NCBI GenBank assembly: GCA_018817585.1
Contig: JAHITE010000080.1
Coordinates: 5,774-69,773 of the forward strand
Direction: 5' to 3'
DNA from: Candidatus Omnitrophota bacterium
GTDB lineage: Bacteria > Omnitrophota > Gorgyraeia > B26-G9
DNA: 64,000 nt
Position 1 is the first letter of the stretch, and every line of letters begins with the position of its first letter. Of this stretch, positions 51,148 to 60,762 are shown in pieces. Below the pieces are notes generated by a model, which was not told the DNA's origin, did not search any database, and saw only the letters and a program-made list of their open reading frames with translations. Made by a program: the position numbers and the translations under genes.

Positions 51148-52380
51148 ATGAGCAATTTATCACATACAAATGAACAAAATAATGCCAGTTTTTATGGCTT
51201 GGGCATAGCTCCGCGAATCTTGGAGATTTTGGAGAGTCTGAAATTTAAATCGCCAACCCCGATTCAGTTTCAGGCAATTCCTTTGGCTATTGAAGGTAAG
51301 GATGTTGTGGGCATTGCCCAGACAGGCACAGGCAAGACGCATTCTTTTGCTATTCCCATGGTTCAATGTTTGGCTGGAAAAAAAGGAATAGGCCTTGTTT
51401 TAGCTCCAACAAGAGAGCTGGCAATGCAGATAGACGAAGTTTTTCAGCTGATTGTCCCTTCCTTTAAAATGGAAGCAGTTTGTCTGATCGGCGGAGCACC
51501 AATGGATCCGCAGGTAAAAGCTTTGCGGCGTAATCCGAGAATTATTATCGCGACTCCTGGGCGTTTAATTGATCATATGAGCAATTGGAATGTATTGCCC
51601 CAGGAAGTAGAAATGCTGGTTTTAGATGAAGCGGATAGAATGCTGGATATGGGATTTTTACCCCAGATTGAGTTAATCCTGCAGCATTTGCCTAAAGAAC
51701 GGCAAACAATGTTGTTTTCCGCGACCATGCCTAAAGAAATCGTGGGCATAGCGGCTAAATATATGCAATTGCCGGTTTCTGTAGAAATCGCGCCGGCTGG
51801 GACAACCGCGGATAATGTTACGCAGGAATTATACATTGTTAAAAAAAGCGCGAAAATGGATTTATTGCGTAAAGTGCTCAGTAAGTATCATGGTCCGGTT
51901 TTGTTGTTTTCCCGGACAAAGCATAATGCCACGCGTTTAGTTCGGTCGATTCGAGGCATGGGGCATCGTGCCGCAGAAATACATTCTGATCGCAGCCTTG
52001 ATCAGCGCGTGGAAGCTTTGGAAGGATTTAAATCCGGGCAATATAAAGTGTTGGTAGCTACAGATATTGCTTCCAGGGGAATTGATGTTACAGGTATTGA
52101 ATTGGTAATCAACTATGATATTCCGGATGATGCCAGCAATTATGTTCATCGGATCGGCAGAACAGGAAGAGCCGGACATAAAGGTCACGCGATTTCTTTT
52201 GCCATGCCGGAACAAAAGCGAGATGTTGAAGATATTGAAAAACTTATTAAAGCAACTTTGCCAATCTCTAAACACCCTAAAATACAGTCGGAATCATTTA
52301 TTATGGAAACTCCGGGTAATTTTCCGCCGAAAAAAAAGCCGAGAAGGCCTTCGCCATCTTCCCCCCGCCAGAAAAAATAA
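51148..52380 (+). CDS. DEAD-box RNA helicase (RhlE-like)
   Basis: Q motif PTPIQ, AQTGTGKT, PTRELA, DEADRMLDMGF, SAT, HRIGRTGR. Confidence 0.96.
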   Translation: MSNLSHTNEQNNASFYGLGIAPRILEILESLKFKSPTPIQFQAIPLAIEGKDVVGIAQTGTGKTHSFAIPMVQCLAGKKGIGLVLAPTRELAMQIDEVFQLIVPSFKMEAVCLIGGAPMDPQVKALRRNPRIIIATPGRLIDHMSNWNVLPQEVEMLVLDEADRMLDMGFLPQIELILQHLPKERQTMLFSATMPKEIVGIAAKYMQLPVSVEIAPAGTTADNVTQELYIVKKSAKMDLLRKVLSKYHGPVLLFSRTKHNATRLVRSIRGMGHRAAEIHSDRSLDQRVEALEGFKSGQYKVLVATDIASRGIDVTGIELVINYDIPDDASNYVHRIGRTGRAGHKGHAISFAMPEQKRDVEDIEKLIKATLPISKHPKIQSESFIMETPGNFPPKKKPRRPSPSSPRQKK

Positions 52381-52467
52381 GATTTTAAGGCAAAGGGTTG
52401 ATTGTTAAAGAGCGATAAACCAGGGAGTGCTTTTAATAAACTAAGAAAATCTATTTTTTTAATTAGG

Positions 52468-52496
52468 TTGACAAGCTGGGGCAATGAGCGCATACT
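52468..52496 (+). promoter_or_regulatory. Sigma70-type promoter of the csp gene
   Basis: TTGACA, 17 bp, CATACT. Confidence 0.65.
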
Positions 52497-52532
52497 GAAT
52501 ATAGTAGTAAATAAGGGAATTGAGGTCTTAGT

Positions 52533-52568
52533 CCGCAAGGTAAAAGAAATTCACCTTGCGGTTTTTTT
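52533..52568 (+). terminator. Terminator-like hairpin inside the csp 5' leader
   Basis: CCGCAAGGT...ACCTTGCGG followed by T7. Confidence 0.65.
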
Positions 52569-52618
52569 CTTTAGGCTGTTATTTATTATAATTTAGAAAG
52601 AAGGAGGTGTAATAAATA

Positions 52619-52819
52619 ATGGCAAAAGGAACAGTTAAATGGTTTAGCGACCAAAAGGGCTATGGATTTATTGCTTCTGAGTCAGGCAAAGATGTATTCG
52701 TACATCATAATGCGATTCAGGGTAATGGTTATAAGTCTTTAAATGAGGGCCAGGAGGTTGAATTTGAAGTACAGCCAGGGCCAAAAGGTGAACAAGCGGC
52801 AAATGTAGTAAAAATATAA
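52619..52819 (+). CDS. cspA: Cold-shock protein
   Basis: GTVKWF, KGYGFI, DVFVHH. AGGAGG RBS. Confidence 0.95.
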   Translation: MAKGTVKWFSDQKGYGFIASESGKDVFVHHNAIQGNGYKSLNEGQEVEFEVQPGPKGEQAANVVKI

Positions 52820-52829
52820 CTTGCATGTA

Positions 52830-52865
52830 GCAAGGCTCGAACAAAAAGTTCGGGCCTTGTTTCTT
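52830..52865 (+). terminator. Intrinsic terminator
   Basis: GCAAGGCTCGAAC...GTTCGGGCCTTGT followed by a T-rich tail. Confidence 0.6.
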
Positions 52866-52881
52866 AATAAGGAGATATGAT

Positions 52882-53091
52882 ATGCATAAGGGTAAAATAA
52901 ATAAAGTTGTTCGGGATAGAGGCTTTGGCTTTATTGATGATACAGATGGCAGACAATTATTCTTTCATCAGAGCAGTGTATCAGGAGTGGAATTTGATTC
53001 TTTAAGAGGGGAAGAACAGGTTGAGTTTGAAGTCGAAGATTCTCCTAAAGGACCAAGAGCGATTAATATAAAGATAATAGAACAAGCGTAA
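52882..53091 (+). CDS. Cold-shock domain protein
   Basis: RGFGFI, LFFHQS, KGPRA. Confidence 0.92.
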   Translation: MHKGKINKVVRDRGFGFIDDTDGRQLFFHQSSVSGVEFDSLRGEEQVEFEVEDSPKGPRAINIKIIEQA

Positions 53092-53129
53092 TCCCAGACA
53101 CGATGGGATTAATGTTTTTGTTTTGAGAG

Positions 53130-53167
53130 CAGGAAAAAGGGATGGCTTTAGCCATCCCTTTTTCCTG
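53130..53167. terminator. Perfect hairpin, likely bidirectional terminator
   Basis: CAGGAAAAAGGGATGGCT TT AGCCATCCCTTTTTCCTG. Confidence 0.75.
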
Positions 53168-53272
53168 AAAAAAAACATATTGACAAATAATCGTATTGTA
53201 CTATTATACATACGAATAAAGATAAAATTAACTTGTTTCTAAACAGTATCCTTGGAAGGAGACACGCTGTTC

Positions 53273-54457
53273 ATGGAAAGACAAATCCTAAATGGTGGAG
53301 ACTCGGAGAATGATAAACCTCCAGACTCGTGCAGTACCAGCAGTGAATATTTGAATAAAAATAATTGTAACAATAATTTAATAGTTACTGCTGAACCAAA
53401 ACCGCTTCCAAAAAAGTTGATAGCTACGGCTGAGCAATTGGCCAAGTTTATTAATTTTGACGCAACAACACGCAAAGCTTTGATTGAGATTATCAAACAA
53501 TACCATATGTTAATTCCTCCTTACTATTTTTCTTTAATTAAAGATCCAAATGATGAAAATGATCCAATTCGCAAGCAATGTGTTCCCGCGCTAGAGGAGC
53601 TTTTTTCTAATTCCATGGAAAGAGAAGATCCCTTAGGTGAAAAGAAAACATCAGTTACTAATATATTAGTGCATCGTTATCCGGATAGAGTGCTTTTAAT
53701 TTCCACATCGCGCTGTTTTATGTATTGCCGTCATTGCACGCGCAAACGTTTATGGCAGAATAATAATGTTGAACCGACTCTCGCGGAAATCCATTCTTCT
53801 TTAGAATATGTCAGAGCGCATAAAGAAATCCGAGAAATTATTATTTCCGGAGGAGATCCCTTGACCTTAAATCAAGAAAGGCTGGATTGGATTTTAGAGC
53901 AAGCGAGCAATATTGAACATATTCAGTCTATTCGTATCGGAACGAGAACTCCAGTAGTATTTCCGGAGCGAATAACCAAGAGTTTATGCCGCATTCTGGG
54001 TAAATATGATAAGCTTTGGATAAATCTGCAGTTTAATCATCCGCGGGAAATAACCCCGGAATCCACGGCAGCCTGCCAGATGCTGCAAAAAAGCGGCATC
54101 CCTTTGAGCAACCAGAGTGTTTTGTTAAAAGGGGTGAATGATTCCGTGGAGGTAATGAAAGAACTTTGTCAAAAACTCCAGGCAATCAGGGTTAGACCGT
54201 ATTATATTTTTCAATGTGATGAAGTGGTAGGGGCATCGCATTTCCGGACCTCAATATTTAGGGGCATAGAAATAATCGAGCATCTGCGCGGACATACCAG
54301 CGGAATGTGTGTTCCGAGATTTGTGGTCGATGGCCCTAATGGCAAAGGAAAAATACCTTTAGACCCGCAGTATTTGCTGAGCATGACACCGAATAAAGTG
54401 GTTTTGAGAAACTATAATAATGAAGTATTTGAATATCATAATCCCCAAAGTGATTAG
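53273..54457 (+). CDS. KamA-family radical SAM aminomutase (lysine 2,3-aminomutase-like)
   Basis: HRYPDRVL, CFMYCRHCTRKR, SGGDPL, NQSVLLKGVND, GHTSG, PLP-lysine region GKGKIP. Confidence 0.93.
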   Translation: MERQILNGGDSENDKPPDSCSTSSEYLNKNNCNNNLIVTAEPKPLPKKLIATAEQLAKFINFDATTRKALIEIIKQYHMLIPPYYFSLIKDPNDENDPIRKQCVPALEELFSNSMEREDPLGEKKTSVTNILVHRYPDRVLLISTSRCFMYCRHCTRKRLWQNNNVEPTLAEIHSSLEYVRAHKEIREIIISGGDPLTLNQERLDWILEQASNIEHIQSIRIGTRTPVVFPERITKSLCRILGKYDKLWINLQFNHPREITPESTAACQMLQKSGIPLSNQSVLLKGVNDSVEVMKELCQKLQAIRVRPYYIFQCDEVVGASHFRTSIFRGIEIIEHLRGHTSGMCVPRFVVDGPNGKGKIPLDPQYLLSMTPNKVVLRNYNNEVFEYHNPQSD

Positions 54458-54475
54458 CTGGAAAAAGGATATTTA

Positions 54476-55489
54476 ATGAAAACAGCGCTTAATCATAAGC
54501 TTCGGGCGGGAATATGTTTTAATCTAAAAAGGGATATAGACAGCGACTCGGACGAAGAATATGATGAAATAGAAACCATAGAATTTTTGCAAAAGCGATT
54601 GGAATATTTGGGCTTTGAAGTTTTGCTTGCTGAACAAGACCAGGATTTATTCAGCAAGCTTAATAGTAATAAACTGGATTTTGTCTTGAATATCGCTGAA
54701 GGCAAAGGCAAAACCCGCAGCCGGGAATCGCAAGTTCCCTGCTTGCTGGAATGGCTGAATATCCCTTATTATGGTTCTGATCCTGCTGCTTTGGCTTTAA
54801 CTCTGGATAAATGGCTTAACTATGTTGTTTTAAAAAATTCTTCTATTCCTGTTCCGAAAATGTTTACAATATCTGATCTTCAGCAGCTGCAGAGTCTGGC
54901 TATTCCTTTTGACGGCCGTAAATATATTATTAAGCCTCGCTGGGAAGGCTCGTCCAAAGGCATTTTTGATGATTCAGTAATCAGTTCGATTGATAAATGC
55001 CGGGATAAAGTTAATTTTATTTTAACTCAATATCATCAGCCGGCATTGGTCGAAGAGTTTGTGGAAAACGAAGAAATCACTGTTGGCTTGTGTGGTAATC
55101 AGGAGCTTGAAATCCTGGGAATGATGAAGATTTCTCAAAATCAGCAAAAAAAAACTTTTGTTTATTCAATAGAAAATAAGCGGGATTGGCAGGCGCGAAT
55201 CAAATATGAGCGCGCTGAAGAAGTTATCGCGGATAAGACATTAAAGCTGCTGCGCCAATATGCCATGGCCGCGTTTAAGGTGCTTGGCTTGGCTGATGTG
55301 GCACGCATAGATTTTCGGGTGGACAACCTGGGTGTACCAAAAATAATTGATGTAAACCCTTTGCCAGGGCTTTCTCCTAGGTATAGTGATTTAATGCTAA
55401 TCTCCAAGCTGCATAATAAGAAATTTGTTGATGTGGTTGATAAGATTTTAAACATATCTTTAAAAAGGAATAATATACATACCTCGTGA
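54476..55489 (+). CDS. ATP-grasp ligase of the D-Ala-D-Ala ligase-like family (1)
   Basis: NIAEG, SRESQVP, IKPRWEGSSKGI, ARIDFR, VNPLPGL. Confidence 0.88.
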   Translation: MKTALNHKLRAGICFNLKRDIDSDSDEEYDEIETIEFLQKRLEYLGFEVLLAEQDQDLFSKLNSNKLDFVLNIAEGKGKTRSRESQVPCLLEWLNIPYYGSDPAALALTLDKWLNYVVLKNSSIPVPKMFTISDLQQLQSLAIPFDGRKYIIKPRWEGSSKGIFDDSVISSIDKCRDKVNFILTQYHQPALVEEFVENEEITVGLCGNQELEILGMMKISQNQQKKTFVYSIENKRDWQARIKYERAEEVIADKTLKLLRQYAMAAFKVLGLADVARIDFRVDNLGVPKIIDVNPLPGLSPRYSDLMLISKLHNKKFVDVVDKILNISLKRNNIHTS

Positions 55490-56484
55490 AAGTATTAATA
55501 GCTATTGCCCGCGAAAATAATGCCAGACAAGATAATGCCGACGCTTCGCGCTGCGCGGATTCGATCAAAGCAGCTTTGTCAGCAAAAAATATAGCTGCCG
55601 ATTTATTTTTTGTCGAGCCTGGCGACTTTTTAAGGTCTGAAAAAAATTTAATAAGAAAAATTAAAAATTTAAATCCCGACTGTGTATTTAATTTGTTTGA
55701 AGGATTTAGTTATGACGCGCAAAGGGAAATTGATTTTGCTGGTATCTTGGAGAAGACCGGGATCGCGTTTACCGGGAATAAAAGTAAAGTCTTAGAGCAA
55801 TGTTTGGATAAAAACTTGTGTAAAAATCTTTTGCTAAAGGCTGGTTTGCCTGTGCCAGCTGGTCTTTGTCTTAAGCCAGGAGAAGGCTTGAGTTCAAGTA
55901 AGCTTAAATTGCCTGTGTTTATTAAGCCATGCTGTGAAGACGCGAGCGTGGGGATTGATAAAGATTCTTTGGTTTCTAACCAGGAAGATTTAAATAAAGT
56001 TATAAATTTAAAACTGCAAAAGCATCCGGAAGGCCTGATTATTGAAGAGTTTCTTTCCGGTAATGAATACAATGTGTCCTTTATTGGTCAGCCGCCTTAT
56101 GAAATGCTGGGTATCTCGATCATGGATTATTCCAAAGTCAACGCGCAAAAACCGTTTATGAGTTATGAGGCTAAGTGGGAGCGGCAAAGTCCGGATTTCA
56201 ATAAGCTGATTCCCCAAGTGATCGCGAAAAATCAATACAGTGATTTAGAAAAACAAATTGCTGATCTCTGCGTTCAAGCAGCGCGAAATATCGGATGTTC
56301 CGGCTATTTTAGAGTAGACCTGAGGCAAAGCAATAATAAAATTTTTATAATTGATGTTAATCCTAATCCGGATATAAATAATGACAGCGGCTTTGCCCGT
56401 CAGGCCTATTCCGCGGGGTATACATATGAAGAAATTATTTGTAAAATACTTAGTTTAACTATGGAAAGACTAAACCTTGATTGA
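55486..56484 (+). CDS. ATP-grasp ligase of the D-Ala-D-Ala ligase-like family (2)
   Basis: FNLFEG, IKPCCEDASVGI, YFRVDLR, DVNPNPD. Confidence 0.88.
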   Translation: MKVLIAIARENNARQDNADASRCADSIKAALSAKNIAADLFFVEPGDFLRSEKNLIRKIKNLNPDCVFNLFEGFSYDAQREIDFAGILEKTGIAFTGNKSKVLEQCLDKNLCKNLLLKAGLPVPAGLCLKPGEGLSSSKLKLPVFIKPCCEDASVGIDKDSLVSNQEDLNKVINLKLQKHPEGLIIEEFLSGNEYNVSFIGQPPYEMLGISIMDYSKVNAQKPFMSYEAKWERQSPDFNKLIPQVIAKNQYSDLEKQIADLCVQAARNIGCSGYFRVDLRQSNNKIFIIDVNPNPDINNDSGFARQAYSAGYTYEEIICKILSLTMERLNLD

Positions 56485-56498
56485 ATCCGGAGTCTGGC

Positions 56499-56966
56499 AT
56501 GAAATATGAAATAAAACAGTACTTAAAAATAACCAAGAGTACCGCGGTTTTTACAGAAGGCGAAATTGAGATTTTAAAAGAACTGTTAGAGGATTTGCAG
56601 AATAATAAAAAAACAACATACAGCTTGATTGAAGAAGCAGCGGATGGTAAATTAGCCGGGTTTACTTTATTTGGCCGTACGCCATTAACGGAATTCACCT
56701 GGGATATTTATTGGATAATCGTGGATAAATCATTTCAGGGCAGAGGGATTGGAAAATCGCTGCTAATCAAAACCGAAGAACTGATTAAAGCGAAAACACC
56801 CAGAGCGACAATAAAGCTGGAAACATCGACAAGAAACCAATATTCCGCGGCGCGGGGTTTATATAAAAAAGTGAAATTTGAAGAAGCAGGTAAACTGGTG
56901 AATTTTTATTCTGAAGGCGATGATATGGTTATTTTTTATAAAGAGATTCGTGTCGCGGAAAAATAA
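56499..56966 (+). CDS. GNAT family N-acetyltransferase
   Basis: YWIIV, FQGRGIGK acetyl-CoA motif, ETST, NFYSEGD. Confidence 0.9.
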   Translation: MKYEIKQYLKITKSTAVFTEGEIEILKELLEDLQNNKKTTYSLIEEAADGKLAGFTLFGRTPLTEFTWDIYWIIVDKSFQGRGIGKSLLIKTEELIKAKTPRATIKLETSTRNQYSAARGLYKKVKFEEAGKLVNFYSEGDDMVIFYKEIRVAEK

Positions 56967-57101
56967 GTGTACTGATTTTGATGGATGAGAATAGATAAAT
57001 TAGAAAAAATAACTGGATGCTTGATTTTATCAGACAATTTGATATAATAAAAGACTTTAACACTTTAAAATATAGAAAAGCATAAAAAGGAGATAGTTCC
57101 A

Positions 57102-59195
57102 ATGGCACGTTTAATCGAATTAGATAAGGTAAGAAATATTGGCATCATGGCGCATATTGACGCGGGAAAGACTACGGTAACCGAAAGAATATTGTTTTAT
57201 ACCGGCAGATCGCATAAGATCGGTGAAGTACATGACGGTAAAGCGCAGATGGATTGGATGAAGCAGGAACAGGAAAGAGGGATCACGATTACCTCCGCGG
57301 CGACAACCTGCGCTTGGAATGGACATAAGATTAATATTATTGATACTCCCGGTCACGTTGATTTTACCGTAGAAGTTGAGCGTAGTTTGCGAATCCTTGA
57401 TGGCGCAGTTGCCGTGTTTTGCGCGGTTGGCGGTGTAGAACCTCAGTCGGAAACAGTTTGGAGACAATCTGATAAATATCAAGTCCCAAAGATCGCGTTT
57501 ATTAATAAAATGGATCGGATTGGTGCTGACTTTTTTTCAGTTGTAAAAAACATTGAAGATGATCTTGGGGCAAATGTTATTCCCTTGCAGATTCCGATGG
57601 GCGCGGAAGATCATTTTATTGGAATTATTGACTTGCTGGAAATGCAAGCCTGTATTTATGAAGATGATTCACAAGGTAAGAATTTCCGGTTGGAAGCGAT
57701 TCCCGCGGAGTACGCGGAAAAAGTTAAAGAATTTCAGCATAATTTGCTGGAAAAAGCTGTGGAATTAGACGATAGTTTAATGGAAAAATATTTAGAAGAC
57801 GAAAATTCTATCACTAAAGAAGAGCTGATTGCCGCGATCCGCAAAGGAACAATTGCTAATAAAATTGTTCCGGTTTTGTGCGGTTCGGCATTTAAGAACA
57901 AAGGTGTGCAGAGATTGCTGGACGCGGTTACTATGTATCTGCCATCGCCAGTTGATTTGCCGCCGGTTGAAGGTCATGATCCGGATGATGTAGAAAAGAA
58001 AATTCTTCGCAGGCCTGATGATAATGAACCCTTTTCCGCGCTTGCTTTTAAAATTCAGGCTGATCCGCATATGGGGAAATTAGTATATTTCCGGGTTTAC
58101 TCCGGAACAATCAAAGCCGGCACCTATATTTATAATTCAACTAAAGGCAGAAAAGAAAGAGTCGGCCGTTTGATGCAGATGCATGCTAATACCCGGGATA
58201 TGCGCGAAGAGATTTGCGCTGGGGATATCGCGGCGGTTGTTGGTTTAGATCGCACGATAACCGGGGATACGCTTTGTGATGAGGATAATCAGGTTGTGCT
58301 TGAGGCCATGGAATTTCCCGCGCCGGTTATGTCTTTGAGTATTAAACCGCAAAGTCGTCCGGATCAGGATAAGCTGGGCAAAGGCTTGATGCGCTTAGCT
58401 GAAGAAGATCCGACTTTTACAGTGCAAACAGATAAAGAGACTGATGAAACTATTCTTTCCGGAATGGGAGAATTACATCTGGAAATCATTGTCGACCGCT
58501 TAAAGCATGAATTTAAAGTAGAAGCAGTTGTTGGAAAACCAAAGGTTGCTTATCGGGAGACAATCACCGCTAGTGCTACTGAAAACTATAAGCATGTTAA
58601 GCAAACAGGTGGTAAAGGACAGTACGCGCATGTGGTGCTTAAGATTTATCCTGCTGAGCCGGGACATGGTTTTGAGTTTGTCAATAAGATTACCGGAGGA
58701 TCAATTCCCCGGGAATATATTCCGGCGGTTGAAAAAGGGGTTATTGAGAGAATGCTAAAAGGAAGTTTTGCCGGATATCCAGTTGTCGACGTTATGGTTG
58801 AATTAACTGATGGTTCTTACCATGATGTTGATTCTTCAGAAATGGCGTTTAAAGTCTGCGCGTCAGAGTGTTTTAAACGCGCGTTTATGAATGCGTCACC
58901 AATCTTGCTGGAACCTTATATGTCTATTGAAGCCTCATCTCCGGAAGAATATACCGGATCTGTAGTTGGCGATATGTGTTCCCGCCGCGGAAAAGTATTG
59001 GGCATGGAAATGAAGGCTAAACTGCAGATTGTCTCAGCAGAAGCTCCGCTGTCAGAAATGTTTGGATATGCCAGTGCCTTGCGTTCAATGAGCAGCGGCA
59101 GAGCGAATTATTCAATGCATTTTGAAAAATACATTGAAGTTCCTTTCTCGATCGCGGAAAAGATTATTGAAGAGAAAAAGCAGGTTAAAAAGTAA
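57102..59195 (+). CDS. fusA: Elongation factor G, copy outside the str operon
   Basis: [33 protein letters not shown]. Confidence 0.97.
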   Translation: MARLIELDKVRNIGIMAHIDAGKTTVTERILFYTGRSHKIGEVHDGKAQMDWMKQEQERGITITSAATTCAWNGHKINIIDTPGHVDFTVEVERSLRILDGAVAVFCAVGGVEPQSETVWRQSDKYQVPKIAFINKMDRIGADFFSVVKNIEDDLGANVIPLQIPMGAEDHFIGIIDLLEMQACIYEDDSQGKNFRLEAIPAEYAEKVKEFQHNLLEKAVELDDSLMEKYLEDENSITKEELIAAIRKGTIANKIVPVLCGSAFKNKGVQRLLDAVTMYLPSPVDLPPVEGHDPDDVEKKILRRPDDNEPFSALAFKIQADPHMGKLVYFRVYSGTIKAGTYIYNSTKGRKERVGRLMQMHANTRDMREEICAGDIAAVVGLDRTITGDTLCDEDNQVVLEAMEFPAPVMSLSIKPQSRPDQDKLGKGLMRLAEEDPTFTVQTDKETDETILSGMGELHLEIIVDRLKHEFKVEAVVGKPKVAYRETITASATENYKHVKQTGGKGQYAHVVLKIYPAEPGHGFEFVNKITGGSIPREYIPAVEKGVIERMLKGSFAGYPVVDVMVELTDGSYHDVDSSEMAFKVCASECFKRAFMNASPILLEPYMSIEASSPEEYTGSVVGDMCSRRGKVLGMEMKAKLQIVSAEAPLSEMFGYASALRSMSSGRANYSMHFEKYIEVPFSIAEKIIEEKKQVKK

Positions 59196-59215
59196 ATTAA
59201 AAGCATAAGATAAAG

Positions 59216-59349
59216 TTGACATCCCAATAGACTGTGTGTATTATATAAGCGTGTATGTTGTTGTTACAGAATGCTTAGGGGATTTAGACAACGCTTGTGT
59301 CTAAAGATGATTAAAAAAAGCCAGAGCAAAATCTGTTCTGGCTTTTTTT
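59216..59349 (+). ncRNA. Candidate small RNA of about 100 nt, with own promoter and terminator
   Basis: TTGACA, 17 bp, TATTAT. Internal hairpin TTTAGACA/TGTCTAAA. Terminator AAAAAAAGCCAGAGCA...TGTTCTGGCTTTTTTT. Confidence 0.4.
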
Positions 59350-59367
59350 ATTACGCACAGATTTTCA

Positions 59368-59468
59368 GTAGGGACAGCCCTTGCGGCTGTCCGATATAAA
59401 AACAATATAAAATCAGCGGAATTGGGACAAATTATTGATAAACGGACAGGGGCAAGCCCTGTCCCTAC
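59368..59468. repeat. Inverted pair of GTAG-family REPs (REPIN-like)
   Basis: GTAGGGACAGCCCTTGCGGCTGTCCG on plus (59368-59393) and GTAGGGACAGGGCTTGCCCCTGTCCG on minus (59443-59468). Confidence 0.8.
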
Positions 59469-59517
59469 TTGCAACTTGGTGACCTGGTGACATTTTTACA
59501 AAGGAATTAAAATTAAG

Positions 59518-60762
59518 ATGATTATCCGCAGTGCGCAGCATAGTTTTAAGCAGACTTTTGATAATAGCACGCAGCCAATGTTGTTAGCCGACGCGCGATT
59601 AGAAAAAGTTCACGCGATAAATGCTGCCGCAGCCATCATCCTGGGATACCCTTTGGACAGATTAAAGCAGATAGGTATAAGCGATATTATGCAGATTAAG
59701 GATGAGCAGAAACAAAATATTCAATTAAGCTATTTATTTGGGAAAAATCAAAGATTTAAAACCAGTTTTTGTTTTATGCGTCAAGATAAAACTGTGTTTT
59801 GCGCGACTTGCCTGATTACTCTGGTTTGCGGTTCAGATAAAAAGCGTTTAGCTTATTTATTCAGCATTGAAAATATGAATCAATGCCGCCAAGAGCATAT
59901 TTGCAATTTGCTGGAGGCGGAAAAAGAAAAGATAAAACAGTTATTATTTTCAACCGAGTCCAGGCTAAAAGCGATTTTTAATTCCGCCAGTGACTGCATA
60001 TTTATTAAAGACCAGGAGTTAAGATATATTGATGTTAATCCCCGCATGGAGAAAAAATTCAAGATGCCTTTGTCTACAATCAGGGGCAAAACCGATACAG
60101 ATCTTTTTGGCAGCCAGGCCGCCCGGGAGAATGAAGAAGTCGATAGGCAGGTATTGCAAGGCAAAACAATGAGTTTCGAGCATAACAAAAATATAAATAA
60201 TATACCAAGCACTTTCCATATAATCAAGGTCCCGATTAAAGATAAACAAAACAAGATTATTGGTATCTGCGGCATTGCCCGGGATATAACCTCGCGCAAA
60301 CAATCAGAGGATGCTTTAAAAAAATATGAAATTCAGTTAGAAGCCCAGAATAAAGTTTTAATGATTAAAAATCTTGCCTTAAAGGAAATAATATCGCAAA
60401 TCGAACAGGAAAAAGATAAGGTTAAGCAGGATATTATTGGTCATATAGAGCAGGAGATTTTACCTTTACTGGGTAAGGTTGCTTTAAGAGGCCGGGCGGA
60501 AAAATATATTATGCTGATCAAAAAACATTTAACTGAGCTTAATAGTTCTTTGCGTTCCTCAAAGCAGGCCGCGGATTATAATTTTACTCCCAGAGAAGCG
60601 GAAATCTCCCGATTAATTCGTGACGGTTTGACCAGTAAAGAAATCGCCCAACTTTTAAATATTACCAGCCAGACAATTGATAAACATCGGCAGAATATCC
60701 GAAAAAAACTGGGAATTGATGATCAGGCTATTAATTTAACTTCTTATCTGGCAAAGCGATAA
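59518..60762 (+). CDS. PAS-PAS-LuxR HTH transcriptional regulator
   Basis: PAS (IFIKD, GICGIARDIT) and HTH FTPREAEI...GLTSKEIA...TIDKHRQNIRKKLG. Confidence 0.92.
   Translation: MIIRSAQHSFKQTFDNSTQPMLLADARLEKVHAINAAAAIILGYPLDRLKQIGISDIMQIKDEQKQNIQLSYLFGKNQRFKTSFCFMRQDKTVFCATCLITLVCGSDKKRLAYLFSIENMNQCRQEHICNLLEAEKEKIKQLLFSTESRLKAIFNSASDCIFIKDQELRYIDVNPRMEKKFKMPLSTIRGKTDTDLFGSQAARENEEVDRQVLQGKTMSFEHNKNINNIPSTFHIIKVPIKDKQNKIIGICGIARDITSRKQSEDALKKYEIQLEAQNKVLMIKNLALKEIISQIEQEKDKVKQDIIGHIEQEILPLLGKVALRGRAEKYIMLIKKHLTELNSSLRSSKQAADYNFTPREAEISRLIRDGLTSKEIAQLLNITSQTIDKHRQNIRKKLGIDDQAINLTSYLAKR

Noticed and set aside
53273-54457. EpmB of the EF-P beta-lysylation pathway
   Set aside because: No efp or epmA nearby, and the gene is coupled to ATP-grasp and GNAT genes instead.
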